Both the position numbers and the translations under genes were made by a program. A stretch of DNA of 64,000 nucleotides from Armatimonadota bacterium (lineage in GTDB: Bacteria > Armatimonadota > Zipacnadia > Zipacnadales > JABUFB01), in NCBI GenBank assembly GCA_013314775.1, contig JABUFB010000011.1, forward strand, positions 9,144 to 73,143, written 5' to 3'. The notes below the pieces were generated by a model. The model was not told the DNA's origin. It saw only the letters and a program-made list of their open reading frames with translations, and made no database searches. Shown one piece after another: positions 1 through 9,126 of this stretch; position 1 is the stretch's first letter; each line of letters opens with the position of its first letter.

Positions 1-1
1 C

Positions 2-883
2 GCCTCGCCCATGCCGCTGCATGTGGAGCACTCCGTGCAGGCGCTGAAGGCCGGCAAGCATGTGCTGTCGGAAGTCACCGCCGCCACCAGCATGGACCAG
101 TGCTGGGAACTGCTGGAGACTGTGCGCTCCACCGGGCGGAAATACATGATGGCCGAGAACTACTGCTGGTTCCGGCCGTGGTCTGTGGTCATGGGCATGG
201 TCCGCGCGGGGCTGTTCGGCGAGGTTTACTACGGGGAATCCGAGCAAATTCAGGAATTCAAAGGCGGCCTCCCGCCGCTTGAAGACGGGTACACATGGCG
301 CACCGCGGAACTGGCCATGCGCCTTGGGCACCACTACATCACCCACGATCTCGGCCCGCTCTACTGGGCTTTCGGAGAACGCATCAAGAACGTGGTCTGC
401 ATGGGTTCAGGCCAACATCACCTTCCCTGGGCGGTCGCGGATGACACCTGCACCGTGTTACTGGAAACACTCCGGGGCCGCCTCATCCGCATTCGCCTGG
501 ACTTCTTCTCCGACCGGCCTAATAACTACACCTACTATGGCCTTCAGGGCACCGGCGCGGCATACGAAGGCCCGCGGGCAGCAGGCGAGGAGCACCGCGT
601 CTACGTGCATGGGCGCACCGACCCGGGAACCTGGGAGAGCTTGTGGAACTACGCGGACTACTTGCCCGATGCGTGGAAGAACCTGCCCGAAGAGGCCGTG
701 AACGACAGCTACGACGGCGGGGCCCCGCTGATGATGGAGGAGTTCGCCCGTTGCATCCTCGATGACACGCGCCCGCCGGTGGACGTGGTGGATGCGCTGA
801 ATCTCACCGCGCCGGGTCTACTGTCCGAGGTGTCACGATCGAAGGGCGGCGCACCGGTGGAGGTGCCGGAGTTCAAACTGTAG
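2..883 (+). CDS. Gfo/Idh/MocA family oxidoreductase, C-terminal part (5' end lies outside the window)
   Basis: The frame is open from the window edge to TAG at 881-883. The translation 'HVEHSVQALKAGKHVLSEV...YMMAENYCWFRPW' is typical of the junction between the Rossmann and C-terminal domains of Gfo/Idh/MocA dehydrogenases. Confidence 0.75.
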   Translation, partial: ASPMPLHVEHSVQALKAGKHVLSEVTAATSMDQCWELLETVRSTGRKYMMAENYCWFRPWSVVMGMVRAGLFGEVYYGESEQIQEFKGGLPPLEDGYTWRTAELAMRLGHHYITHDLGPLYWAFGERIKNVVCMGSGQHHLPWAVADDTCTVLLETLRGRLIRIRLDFFSDRPNNYTYYGLQGTGAAYEGPRAAGEEHRVYVHGRTDPGTWESLWNYADYLPDAWKNLPEEAVNDSYDGGAPLMMEEFARCILDDTRPPVDVVDALNLTAPGLLSEVSRSKGGAPVEVPEFKL

Positions 884-1265
884 GGCTTGTTGCCCTGTGG
901 TGGGGGCGCGACAACGTTGTCCCGGAAAGGTGCCCCTGCGGCTCGAGAGCCGCGCCGTCACACGCGTCCCGAATGCGCCCTCGCTGACGGTACTGCTCTG
1001 TCCAGCCATTGCCGCCTCATGCCGGCTGCTTGCGGCAGGCGCGGAGTGGACCGCAAGGATCTGCGCCCTGCGCCTGCAGAAGGCGTTCTCCGACGGCGAA
1101 GGCACCGGCGCTGGAGAAGCTCCGGACCGCCGCCGGGACCATCCGCCGGCAGGTGCGCCGGCTCTGTCCGCCCTTCTGAGCATGACCTGGTGCAACCCGC
1201 GCTCCCACTCTTGCGGCTACCGGGGACAGCGTGTATCATCGACCCCGGCTCACACTTCCCTACCG

Positions 1266-3122
1266 ATGTATGGACGGTCCTGTATGCCATCAGTATATCT
1301 GCTCCTGCTTGGTCTGTGCGGTTTCGGCCTGGCGTACCGCTTCTACGGCGCCTTCCTGGCGGCCAGAGTCACAGCCCTGGACGCATCCCGCGAGACTCCC
1401 GCATTCACCCATCGCGACGGCAAGGACTACCATCCGACCAATCGCTGGATCTTGTTCGGGCACCATTTCGCGGCCATTGCCGGCGCGGGACCGCTTGTGG
1501 GACCTGTGCTTGCAGCCCAGTATGGCTACCTGCCAGGCGCCATCTGGATTCTCATCGGCGCCATCTTCGCCGGCGCGGTGCATGACTACATCATCCTGTT
1601 CGCTTCGGTGCGCAATCGAGGCGAATCGATCTCGCGCATCGCCGAGCGCTACCTCGGCAAGACCGCCGGATGGTGCGCGGCCTTCGCCACGTTGTTCATC
1701 ATCATCGTCGCCCTGGCTGGACTGGCGATGGTGGTGATCAATGCCTTGGGCGAGAGTCCCTGGGGGGTTTTCACCATCGCCTGCTCCATCCCCATTGCGC
1801 TGCTCATGGGGCAATGGCTCTACAGGATCCGCCCGGGCCGCGTGGCCGAGGCTTCCGCCATCGGTGTGCTGCTGCTATTGCTGGCAGTTGTGGCCGGAGA
1901 CCCGATCTCCCGCAGCTCCATCGCCTCGTGGTTCACACTGACCAAGTCCCAACTGGAGATAGCGCTACCCACATACGGCTTCATCGCCGCGGTCCTGCCG
2001 GTGTGGATGCTCCTGTGCCCGCGCGACTATCTATCAACCTACATGAAGCTGGGGACCGTGGGCCTTCTCGCGATCGGGATTTTCGTAGTCAACCCGCACC
2101 TTGCTATCCCGCCAACCACCGAGTACCTGTCCGGTGGCGGACCGGTGGTTCCCGGTCCCGTCTGGCCTTACGTGTGCCTAACCATCGCCTGCGGAGCGAT
2201 CTCCGGCTTCCACGCCCTCATCGGTTCCGGCACCACGCCGAAGATGATCAGCAACGAGAGGGATGTCCTGCCCATCGGATACGGAGCCATGCTGGTAGAG
2301 GGTTTTGTGGGGCTGATGGCTCTCGTGGCAGCCTGCACACTGCTGCCCGAGCACTATTTCACCATCAACGCCGACCCCGCGAAATACCAGGCGTCCGCAC
2401 AGACCCTGGAGCAGGTCAGTCGCATCGCCCAGGAGGTCGGTGAGGGAACACTGGTAGGCCGCACGGGCGGCTCCGTGACCCTTGCGGTTGGCATGGCCCA
2501 GATTTTCCGCAACTTGCCCGGGATGGGTGCGATGATGTCCTACTGGTACCATTTTGCGATCATGTTTGAAGCCCTGTTCATCCTCACCACCATCGACACC
2601 GGCACCCGCGTGGCCCGCTTCATCCTGCAGGAAATTGCCGGGCGCGCATACGCCCCACTAAAGAGCGGAACATGGCTGCCGGGTGTGATACTCACCAGCT
2701 TCCTGGTCAGTTTCGGCTGGTTCATTCTGGTGCGAGGAGGGACCGTGGCCACCATCTGGCCCATGTTCGGCATCGCCAACCAGTTGCTGGCCGTGGTGGC
2801 ACTCGCCGTAGGGACGTCGTACATCCTCCGCCACGCCGCGAAAAAAACCTATGCGCTGACGACTTTTCTCCCCTTCACTTTCCTGGCTGTCACCGTGTTC
2901 GCGTCAGGTATTCAGTTCAGTCAGAAGATGCTTCTCGGCGCGCAACCCGACTATCTCAAGGGCCTGCTGGCAGTGATGATGATGATCCTCGCGGTGGTCA
3001 TCTGCTGGGAATGTGCGCGTAATTGGCGCCAACTCCTGTGCGGAAACTGCGCGCCATTGCCGGAGATCGATTCCGACCAGGACCTCCTGCGCCTGGCCGA
3101 GGGCACGGAAATCGCGGACTAG
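1266..3122 (+). CDS. cstA: Carbon starvation protein A (CstA family peptide/pyruvate transporter)
   Basis: The translation 'YRFYGAFLAARV...DYHPTNRWILFGHHFAAIAGAGPLVGPVLAAQYGYLPG' is the hallmark CstA N-terminus, and the protein is polytopic and hydrophobic throughout. The ATG at 1266 was verified; ATG 1284 is an alternative start. The 897-1265 extension in the ORF track is not protein-like. Confidence 0.9.
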   Translation: MYGRSCMPSVYLLLLGLCGFGLAYRFYGAFLAARVTALDASRETPAFTHRDGKDYHPTNRWILFGHHFAAIAGAGPLVGPVLAAQYGYLPGAIWILIGAIFAGAVHDYIILFASVRNRGESISRIAERYLGKTAGWCAAFATLFIIIVALAGLAMVVINALGESPWGVFTIACSIPIALLMGQWLYRIRPGRVAEASAIGVLLLLLAVVAGDPISRSSIASWFTLTKSQLEIALPTYGFIAAVLPVWMLLCPRDYLSTYMKLGTVGLLAIGIFVVNPHLAIPPTTEYLSGGGPVVPGPVWPYVCLTIACGAISGFHALIGSGTTPKMISNERDVLPIGYGAMLVEGFVGLMALVAACTLLPEHYFTINADPAKYQASAQTLEQVSRIAQEVGEGTLVGRTGGSVTLAVGMAQIFRNLPGMGAMMSYWYHFAIMFEALFILTTIDTGTRVARFILQEIAGRAYAPLKSGTWLPGVILTSFLVSFGWFILVRGGTVATIWPMFGIANQLLAVVALAVGTSYILRHAAKKTYALTTFLPFTFLAVTVFASGIQFSQKMLLGAQPDYLKGLLAVMMMILAVVICWECARNWRQLLCGNCAPLPEIDSDQDLLRLAEGTEIAD

Positions 3123-3207
3123 AGGCGCGTGGCGAAGGCGGACATCCCGGCAGTGACTGACCGGGACCGTTGAAGCCGAAGGGATGTTGCGCAGGGGCGG
3201 AGCGTTT

Positions 3208-3250
3208 GCCCCTCTTGCAGAGGGGCTCAGAGCACTCCCGACGGAGTGCT
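3208..3250. terminator. Two adjacent GC hairpins between convergent genes (likely bidirectional terminators)
   Basis: First hairpin: GCCCCTC(3208-3214)-TTGCA-GAGGGGC(3220-3226). Second hairpin: AGCACTCC(3231-3238)-CGAC-GGAGTGCT(3243-3250). Both lie between the cstA stop and the stop of the minus-strand gene. Confidence 0.5.
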
Positions 3251-3295
3251 GACCCAGCGCGTCCGGGCGACCATATCCGCAAGTTGTCGAAAGGC

Positions 3296-5305
3296 TCATC
3301 GCTTCCAGATGCAACGGTAGTTGAAGCGCCGATTGGGTGCGCTGTCCCCATCGGTGCACAAGGAGATCACGTCCAGCAGGTCTGCAGGGTTGTCGCACCA
3401 GTGGAAGTCGAAGATGAACTCGTCGCCGGCCAGGCCGAGCAGAGCCCGTGGCACTGCGAGTTCCAGCGCATTCCCCGCATACCGGTATTCCAGGTGGGCT
3501 ACGTTCACCCACGGGCCCGCAGGATCGTCGGGACACCAGCGCTTCAGGGTTGTCCTGCGCTTGCTGGACACGTGCCGGTTGATGATGAAATCGTACCCGT
3601 GCCAGCCAGTGGATGAATTCTTGTCCGCATCAAGCAGCAGGAGCATCCAGTTTCGGTCGGTGTGGCGCGTCAGGGGTGCCGCTGTCTCGGCATAGAAGAA
3701 AACAGTGCCCTCATCCACGGCCACCTTGCTGGTGAGGATGTCGTTGCGTCCGGAGTCATTGGCGTAATGTAGACCGCCATAGCCATTGTAGTTGCGGTGG
3801 GCCGTGTCCCCGGCGGTGTCTCGGTACTCAACGCATACGGCTTCCCAGTCACCGAAGTCACCATCTAGGGTTATGTTGTGCAGCCCACTCAGCTCCGGGA
3901 TCGGGCGCACTCCTTTGTAACGCCGAATGTTCTGGGCCATCTGCATGTAGTAATTATCCGTGTAGCCGCCCTTCATCGGTTGGATGCAGCGATTGAACTC
4001 GGGGTTGTACTGGTCTACGAAGAAATAGTCGCTCTGGCGGCGCATGAAGGGGAACTTGGTGCCCCGAGCAGGCGGGTACTTGCCGGCGGTCCACTCGTTC
4101 CAGTCATTGATGTACATGAACTGCGGGTTGGCCGACAGAGCTTCCTCCCACCGTTGCTGGAAGTAGATGCCGTATCCTTCCGGATGCTCGACGGTCTTGC
4201 CGAGCCACGGGACATATGTCGGCACAGGTAGGTCCTGCTCGTTCAGTTCCGGTTGGCCGTGCTCAACCGTCCAGGACTTACCCACCAGGCTTGACGGGTG
4301 CTGCGCGGGGGTTACCGCCGCCTCTTCCCTCATGCCCTCGTGAGTCGACACACGCTCTTCGGGCCTCAGAGCCGCCACTCGCTTGTCGTTCATATCCAGC
4401 CCGAAGCTCCAGTTGTCCTCAGTGCCCACAAATCGTTTCCCAGCCCACTCGTAATAGCCCCACCACATGGTGCGGAGGGTGAAGAATTCCTTCACCTCTT
4501 TGCTGTAGTCCTTGTAGAACTCGTCGGCATAGTCCGGGTCGCCGTAGTGCGGGTGCTGCGGATCGGTCTTCGCGGACGGGTCATAATGTGGATTGGGGTT
4601 CCGCACCCCGCCGCCATTGGCATCCACACTCGGATTGGCGTTGTACAGCAGAAGCGGCTTCCCGTCCCACATGAACCACAGGTCCTTGTACTTCTCCGTC
4701 TTGTAGATGCGGTCGTACAGGTCCTGCACTACGGTGATGACCGGTCCATTGAAGGCCCAGAAGCAGAACTGTGGCACCTTGTTCCCCTCGGCCTTCATTT
4801 TCTGCATCACCGGGAAGACAACGTCCCACTCGTCCCAGTAACGCACCGCATTGGTCACATCCATCACCAGCACGTCCACCCCGGCGTCCGCGAGCATTGA
4901 CATGTCCTTGCGGATTACCCACTCATCCTTGCTCAGGAAGTATCCCATCTCCGGTTCGCCCCAGTGGTAGGAGCCTTCCGTCCAGAGGGGATGATTGGCA
5001 TCGAGACGAGCAGAGGGGTCCTTCGCGAGGATCTTCGCCACATCCGCCGAGTACGGGCTTTTCATCCCGTGGGCAGAGTCGCTGTGCCAGGTGATGTAGA
5101 AGATGCCCACCACCCGCCGCTGGTCGGTCTTCACCGGCCCCACCTCATCGAGTGTCGGCATGGTTCGCCCCAGAGCGTCAGTGGCCACCCAGGTGTCTGG
5201 GTAGATGTCTCGATAGTAGACATCCTTCTCCTGGCCGAATGAACCGACGGCGGAAACCAATGCAAGAAAGACCGCGAGGGCGGGGATCCCCATGGGCAGC
5301 TCCAT
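3296..5305 (-). CDS. Secreted putative glycoside hydrolase (GH71/GH99-like TIM-barrel region plus C-terminal beta-sandwich)
   Basis: A signal peptide 'MELPMGIPALAVFLALVSAVGSF' begins at an internal ATG (5305). The 'VVGIFYITWH' and 'NDWNEWTAG' motifs resemble GH99/GH71-like families. The family assignment is tentative. Confidence 0.55.
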   Translation of the reverse strand: MELPMGIPALAVFLALVSAVGSFGQEKDVYYRDIYPDTWVATDALGRTMPTLDEVGPVKTDQRRVVGIFYITWHSDSAHGMKSPYSADVAKILAKDPSARLDANHPLWTEGSYHWGEPEMGYFLSKDEWVIRKDMSMLADAGVDVLVMDVTNAVRYWDEWDVVFPVMQKMKAEGNKVPQFCFWAFNGPVITVVQDLYDRIYKTEKYKDLWFMWDGKPLLLYNANPSVDANGGGVRNPNPHYDPSAKTDPQHPHYGDPDYADEFYKDYSKEVKEFFTLRTMWWGYYEWAGKRFVGTEDNWSFGLDMNDKRVAALRPEERVSTHEGMREEAAVTPAQHPSSLVGKSWTVEHGQPELNEQDLPVPTYVPWLGKTVEHPEGYGIYFQQRWEEALSANPQFMYINDWNEWTAGKYPPARGTKFPFMRRQSDYFFVDQYNPEFNRCIQPMKGGYTDNYYMQMAQNIRRYKGVRPIPELSGLHNITLDGDFGDWEAVCVEYRDTAGDTAHRNYNGYGGLHYANDSGRNDILTSKVAVDEGTVFFYAETAAPLTRHTDRNWMLLLLDADKNSSTGWHGYDFIINRHVSSKRRTTLKRWCPDDPAGPWVNVAHLEYRYAGNALELAVPRALLGLAGDEFIFDFHWCDNPADLLDVISLCTDGDSAPNRRFNYRCIWKR

Positions 5306-5471
5306 TCTAGAGGCAACATGACTTGCGTCGCCCCAGGTTTGGTGCATCTTCGACGAGGCGCGCGAAAGACCTCCGATGCTACGCGGCAGGTTGCGGTGAA
5401 GCGGGCGTGGAAGAATCACTTGCTGCACCGTCGGAGCGGGTCCGTCAGCCTGTCAGGGAGGACAGAGTACC

Positions 5472-7079
5472 ATGCAACCGGGCACAGTAAACTGCGTAAA
5501 TGAGTGGTCATACACCGCAGCGAAGGAACACGCCGATCCCTTCAATGAGCTGGCGCTTGATATCCTGGTCTCCGGCCCGCGTGGGCAGGAGTGGCGCGTG
5601 CCCGGTTTCTGGTGCGGCGGCAGAAACTGGAAAGCCCGGTTCGCCCCGCCCGAACCGGGTCTCTACAGGCTCCGGAGTATCTGCTCTGACTCGTCGGACA
5701 CGGGCCTGCACGGTGTCGAGGGTGAGTTGCGGGCTGACCTCTACCGTGGCGAGAACGCGCTCTTGCAGCACGGCCCCCTCAGTGTTCATGACAGCCGCCG
5801 GTACCTTGTACACGCCGACGGCAACCCCTTCTTCTGGCTGGCTGACACCTGGTGGATGGGCCTGTGTAAGCGCCTGTCGTGGCCGGAGGGCTTCCAGACA
5901 CTGCTGGCCGACCGGGTACGCAAGGGCTTCTCGGTGATCCAGATCATCGCAGGCCTCTACCCCGACATGCCGTGGCATGATGAACGAGGCGCCAATGAGT
6001 TCGGGTATCCCTGGGAAGAAGACTTCAGCCGAATCGTGCCCGAGTACTGGGACCTGGCGGACCAGCGGATCGCGGCGCTGGTGGAGGCCGGGCTCGTCCC
6101 CTGCATCGTTGGCTGCTGGGGATACTTCCTGCCCTGGATGGGTGTAGAGCGTCTCAAGCAGCACTGGCGGTATCTGGTGGCCCGCTACGGGGCCTATCCA
6201 GTGGTCTGGTGCCTGGCCGGCGAGGCCACTATGCCCTACTATCTGAGCCAGACCCGCGAGCAGGACATGGCGCTGCAGAAGAGTGGCTGGACCGAGATTG
6301 CGGCGTACGTGCGAAACCTGGACCCCTGCCGGCGACCGATCACGATCCACCCGACGAGCGTGGGGCGCGACCAGGTCGAGGACGACAGCCTCCTGGATAT
6401 CAACTGGCTCCAGACGGGCCACGGCGGACGAGACAGCGTGCCCAATACCGTGAACCTCATGACCAGCGAATATGCCCGGGAGCCGCGTATGCCCGTGATC
6501 AACTCGGAGGTCTGTTACGAGGGGATCATGGAATCCTCGCGCGAGGAGATCCAGCGGTTCATGTTCTGGGCCTGCATACTTTCCGGGGCCTGCGGCCATA
6601 CCTATGGGGCCAATGGCATCTGGCAGGTCAATGAACCAGGGCGGCCGTATGGTCCCTCGCCCCACGGTCTATCATGGGGAGACAGGCCGTGGACCGAGGC
6701 GTACCAGTTGCCGGGGTCGGGTCAGATAGGGCTGGGCAAGCAGTTCCTCGCGAGCCTGCCGTGGTGGCGGCTCGAGCCCTGCCCGGAACTTGTGGAGCCC
6801 CACTGGACGCCGGAGCGGCACTGGCACCCATTCGCGGCCTGGGTGCCGGGCGAGTTGTGGGTTATCTACGTTCCTACCAACTGGTTCCTTGCGCCGGGGG
6901 AGATCCCGGTGGTCAAGCGCCTGGACCCGGCACAGCGTTACCGTGGCTTTTACCTGAACCCGTCCGACGGCAGCCGGCGCGACCTGGGGAGCTTCAGCCC
7001 CGATCCGGACGGCAGCTGGCAGGCCCCCATGCCCAACGTTCTGCGGGACTGGGTGCTGGTCGTGGAGCGGGAACCGTAA
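5472..7079 (+). CDS. DUF5060 + DUF4038 protein (glycoside hydrolase family 140-like, apiosidase family)
   Basis: ATG at 5472 follows a GGGAGGA RBS. The N-terminal Ig-like region reads 'WRVPGFWCGGRNWKARFAPPEPGLYRL'. It is followed by 'NPFFWLADTWWMG...GFSVIQIIAGLYPD', characteristic of DUF4038/GH140. Confidence 0.7.
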   Translation: MQPGTVNCVNEWSYTAAKEHADPFNELALDILVSGPRGQEWRVPGFWCGGRNWKARFAPPEPGLYRLRSICSDSSDTGLHGVEGELRADLYRGENALLQHGPLSVHDSRRYLVHADGNPFFWLADTWWMGLCKRLSWPEGFQTLLADRVRKGFSVIQIIAGLYPDMPWHDERGANEFGYPWEEDFSRIVPEYWDLADQRIAALVEAGLVPCIVGCWGYFLPWMGVERLKQHWRYLVARYGAYPVVWCLAGEATMPYYLSQTREQDMALQKSGWTEIAAYVRNLDPCRRPITIHPTSVGRDQVEDDSLLDINWLQTGHGGRDSVPNTVNLMTSEYAREPRMPVINSEVCYEGIMESSREEIQRFMFWACILSGACGHTYGANGIWQVNEPGRPYGPSPHGLSWGDRPWTEAYQLPGSGQIGLGKQFLASLPWWRLEPCPELVEPHWTPERHWHPFAAWVPGELWVIYVPTNWFLAPGEIPVVKRLDPAQRYRGFYLNPSDGSRRDLGSFSPDPDGSWQAPMPNVLRDWVLVVEREP

Positions 7080-7113
7080 GGTGTCGCGTCGAACCAATGG
7101 AGGGCAGCGATCG

Positions 7114-8841
7114 CTAAGGAGACACGGATACCCGGCCGGCCCCCTCCAGCACCACCGTCTGCGGATAGAGGCCGGCCGTAAGCGCGACAGCCCCGTCCAT
7201 CGGTTCGGCGCTGGTTGCGTTGCCCATTGGGTCGAGGAGTAAGACCCGTTGCGCGTCTGTCTCCAGCCGCACAGGTCGGGCGTCTCCGCCAGCCGTGAAG
7301 ACCGGCACCAGTCGCTGATCGCCCTTCCGGAACTCGTACACGTACAGGCCGTTCCGCTCGGTGAGAGTCCCCGCGAATGTCGCCCCCGCGTAGTAATCCA
7401 TGAACGCGGCGACCGCTCCGTATGTGAATCGCGGGCACATGAAGTAATCGATGTAGCCCCAGTCGCCGGAGCCCCGAGGCCCGCCGATATCGCGGCTGCA
7501 ATAAAGGAGCGCTGCCTTGTTGCCGTGGGCCCAGCAGAAGAGCAGCTTCTGAACCGCGGTTGCCGCCGAGTTGCGCTCCATATCCAGCCGCCAGTTGGCG
7601 AAACCCATCTCGGTGTTCATGAAGGTCGGCCTGTCATACCCTGACGCCGCATGGACCGCGCGCATGGCCACCATCACCGAGCTGAGATTGTCCACGCCGC
7701 CGTGGGAATGGTAGCCCACCGCGTCTACCCAGGGCCTGATTCCCCGCGCTATCATCCCAGTGCGCTCCGGGTCCACGAGACACAGTCCCCCGCTGATGAT
7801 GGTCGCCTGCGGATACCCCTTGCGCACCGATTCGGCCATCCACTGGTGAGTGTCCACGAATTCCTGCACCGTGCCGCGCCAGAAGTCGGCATTGTCCGGC
7901 TCGTTGTATAGCTCGATGAACTCCGAGTGCGGACCATATCGGGCGGCAACGGCTTCAGCGTACTTGCGGACAACCTCCTCCCGTCGCGGATAGCGCCACT
8001 TCGGGTCAGTCACCGCCTCATACTGCGGCATGAGGGTCCATCCGGTTTCCAGCGGAAACCCGATCTGCAGGGCCAGCCTGAAACCCCGGGAAGTGAAGCA
8101 CTCCATGCACTTGTCGGCCAGTGTGAAATCCATCTCTCTGTCGGCGGCAGGCCAGGAGACGGGAAGGTCCGGCCGCACCAGCACCATCCCCAGGCGCGCG
8201 GAAAGGTCCGCGTCCATCTCCCTCGCCTCCTGTTCGCTGAGACCCGGAGGATTGGCCGGCCCGAAGTCATTTCGCCAGTGCTGGCGGCCGGGGAAACTGC
8301 ATGTTCCCACCAGGAGCTCGCCCCTTCGCCACTGTTCACGCCGGTCGAGGTTGGAGGGGCAGACGCTGAAGCTCCTCGCCAACCGCGCCTTGCACACGTC
8401 CCCGGAGAAGGCATCCAGCGTCAGCAGGTAAGTGCCCCGGCCGGTTACCCGGACCGCAACGACTTCCGAAGCCGGCACGTTGATCCGGTGCTGCGCAACC
8501 GGACGACAGTTCCAGTCCCAGAAGGTGAGAACCGCCCTGTCCCCTGTTCCCTCGGCGCTCACGGTCAATGCGATTTCGTCCCCAGGGCTGACAACCCACT
8601 GCCAGTCCTTCGCGGGGGCAATTCTCAGGCCCGGGGCCATGCGGTCCGCATCCTCCACTTTCGCCCAGAGCGCCGGCACTCCTGGCTCCGGGATCGCCGG
8701 CGCAGTCGGCTCCAGGTCCACAACCACAGGGGCACCGGTTGCAAGCGCAGACAACCCAGAGCACAGGGCGAGCGCCCAGATGGTCGCGGCAAGAGCCCAT
8801 TGCGGAACCACTCCGATTGGTCTGGCCCTGGCGCATGGCAT
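7114..8841 (-). CDS. Secreted clan GH-A (beta/alpha)8 glycosidase (GH5/GH39-like)
   Basis: ATG at 8841 was verified and a signal peptide 'ALAATIWALALCSGLSALA' follows. 'IELYNEPDN' is an acid/base NEP motif and 'FMNTEMGF' is a nucleophile TE motif, both typical of clan GH-A. Confidence 0.6.
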   Translation of the reverse strand: MPCARARPIGVVPQWALAATIWALALCSGLSALATGAPVVVDLEPTAPAIPEPGVPALWAKVEDADRMAPGLRIAPAKDWQWVVSPGDEIALTVSAEGTGDRAVLTFWDWNCRPVAQHRINVPASEVVAVRVTGRGTYLLTLDAFSGDVCKARLARSFSVCPSNLDRREQWRRGELLVGTCSFPGRQHWRNDFGPANPPGLSEQEAREMDADLSARLGMVLVRPDLPVSWPAADREMDFTLADKCMECFTSRGFRLALQIGFPLETGWTLMPQYEAVTDPKWRYPRREEVVRKYAEAVAARYGPHSEFIELYNEPDNADFWRGTVQEFVDTHQWMAESVRKGYPQATIISGGLCLVDPERTGMIARGIRPWVDAVGYHSHGGVDNLSSVMVAMRAVHAASGYDRPTFMNTEMGFANWRLDMERNSAATAVQKLLFCWAHGNKAALLYCSRDIGGPRGSGDWGYIDYFMCPRFTYGAVAAFMDYYAGATFAGTLTERNGLYVYEFRKGDQRLVPVFTAGGDARPVRLETDAQRVLLLDPMGNATSAEPMDGAVALTAGLYPQTVVLEGAGRVSVSP

Positions 8842-9126
8842 TGAGGTGCGATCTCCTCTTCATTGAAGTTCTCAGGTGGTCCACCGGCGTTCTATTGCTC
8901 CTCATCTGCTTCGCCTTTCTTTGCGGGCATTCCTTTGGCGGGGAGCAGCGCGCGCCGTGATGAGAAAATGCCTGGAGCGAAGATGCCGGTCTGTTGCCTG
9001 ATGATGGGCCCCGGGTGCCGTGGGGCGCTGAAGTTCGAACCTTTCGGTGACTGCGCAGGCAGGTGTGGCGGTCTCAGAAGACGCAATCTGTGGGCAGCAC
9101 AGGAAACACCGAAGGGGGCGCAGGAC

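Noticed and set aside
897-1265. 5' extensions of several track ORFs: cstA 897-1265, the PHP protein 8863-9126, the beta-helix gene 41974-42282, modA 41794-41967, the TIM barrel 30127-30378 and enolase 50301-50468.
   Set aside because: The extensions translate to Arg/Pro/Cys-rich non-protein-like sequence. Internal start codons with good RBS give canonical N-termini or signal peptides. The track also uses GTG/TTG as 'M', which inflates ORF length.
5508-6665. Long antisense ORFs throughout the window. Examples are 5508-6665, 9922-11046, 21229-22482, 23689-25026, 25023-26015, 26261-27172, 27356-28501, 34829-35998, 36112-37041, 39013-40434, 40441-41751, 42655-43584, 44582-45802, 49200-50348, 50357-52318, 54446-55438 and 62846-63733.
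   Set aside because: Each lies opposite a gene with clear family motifs. Their translations are Arg/Pro/Gly/His-rich low-complexity strings, typical of shadow ORFs in GC-rich DNA. None shows a recognisable domain.
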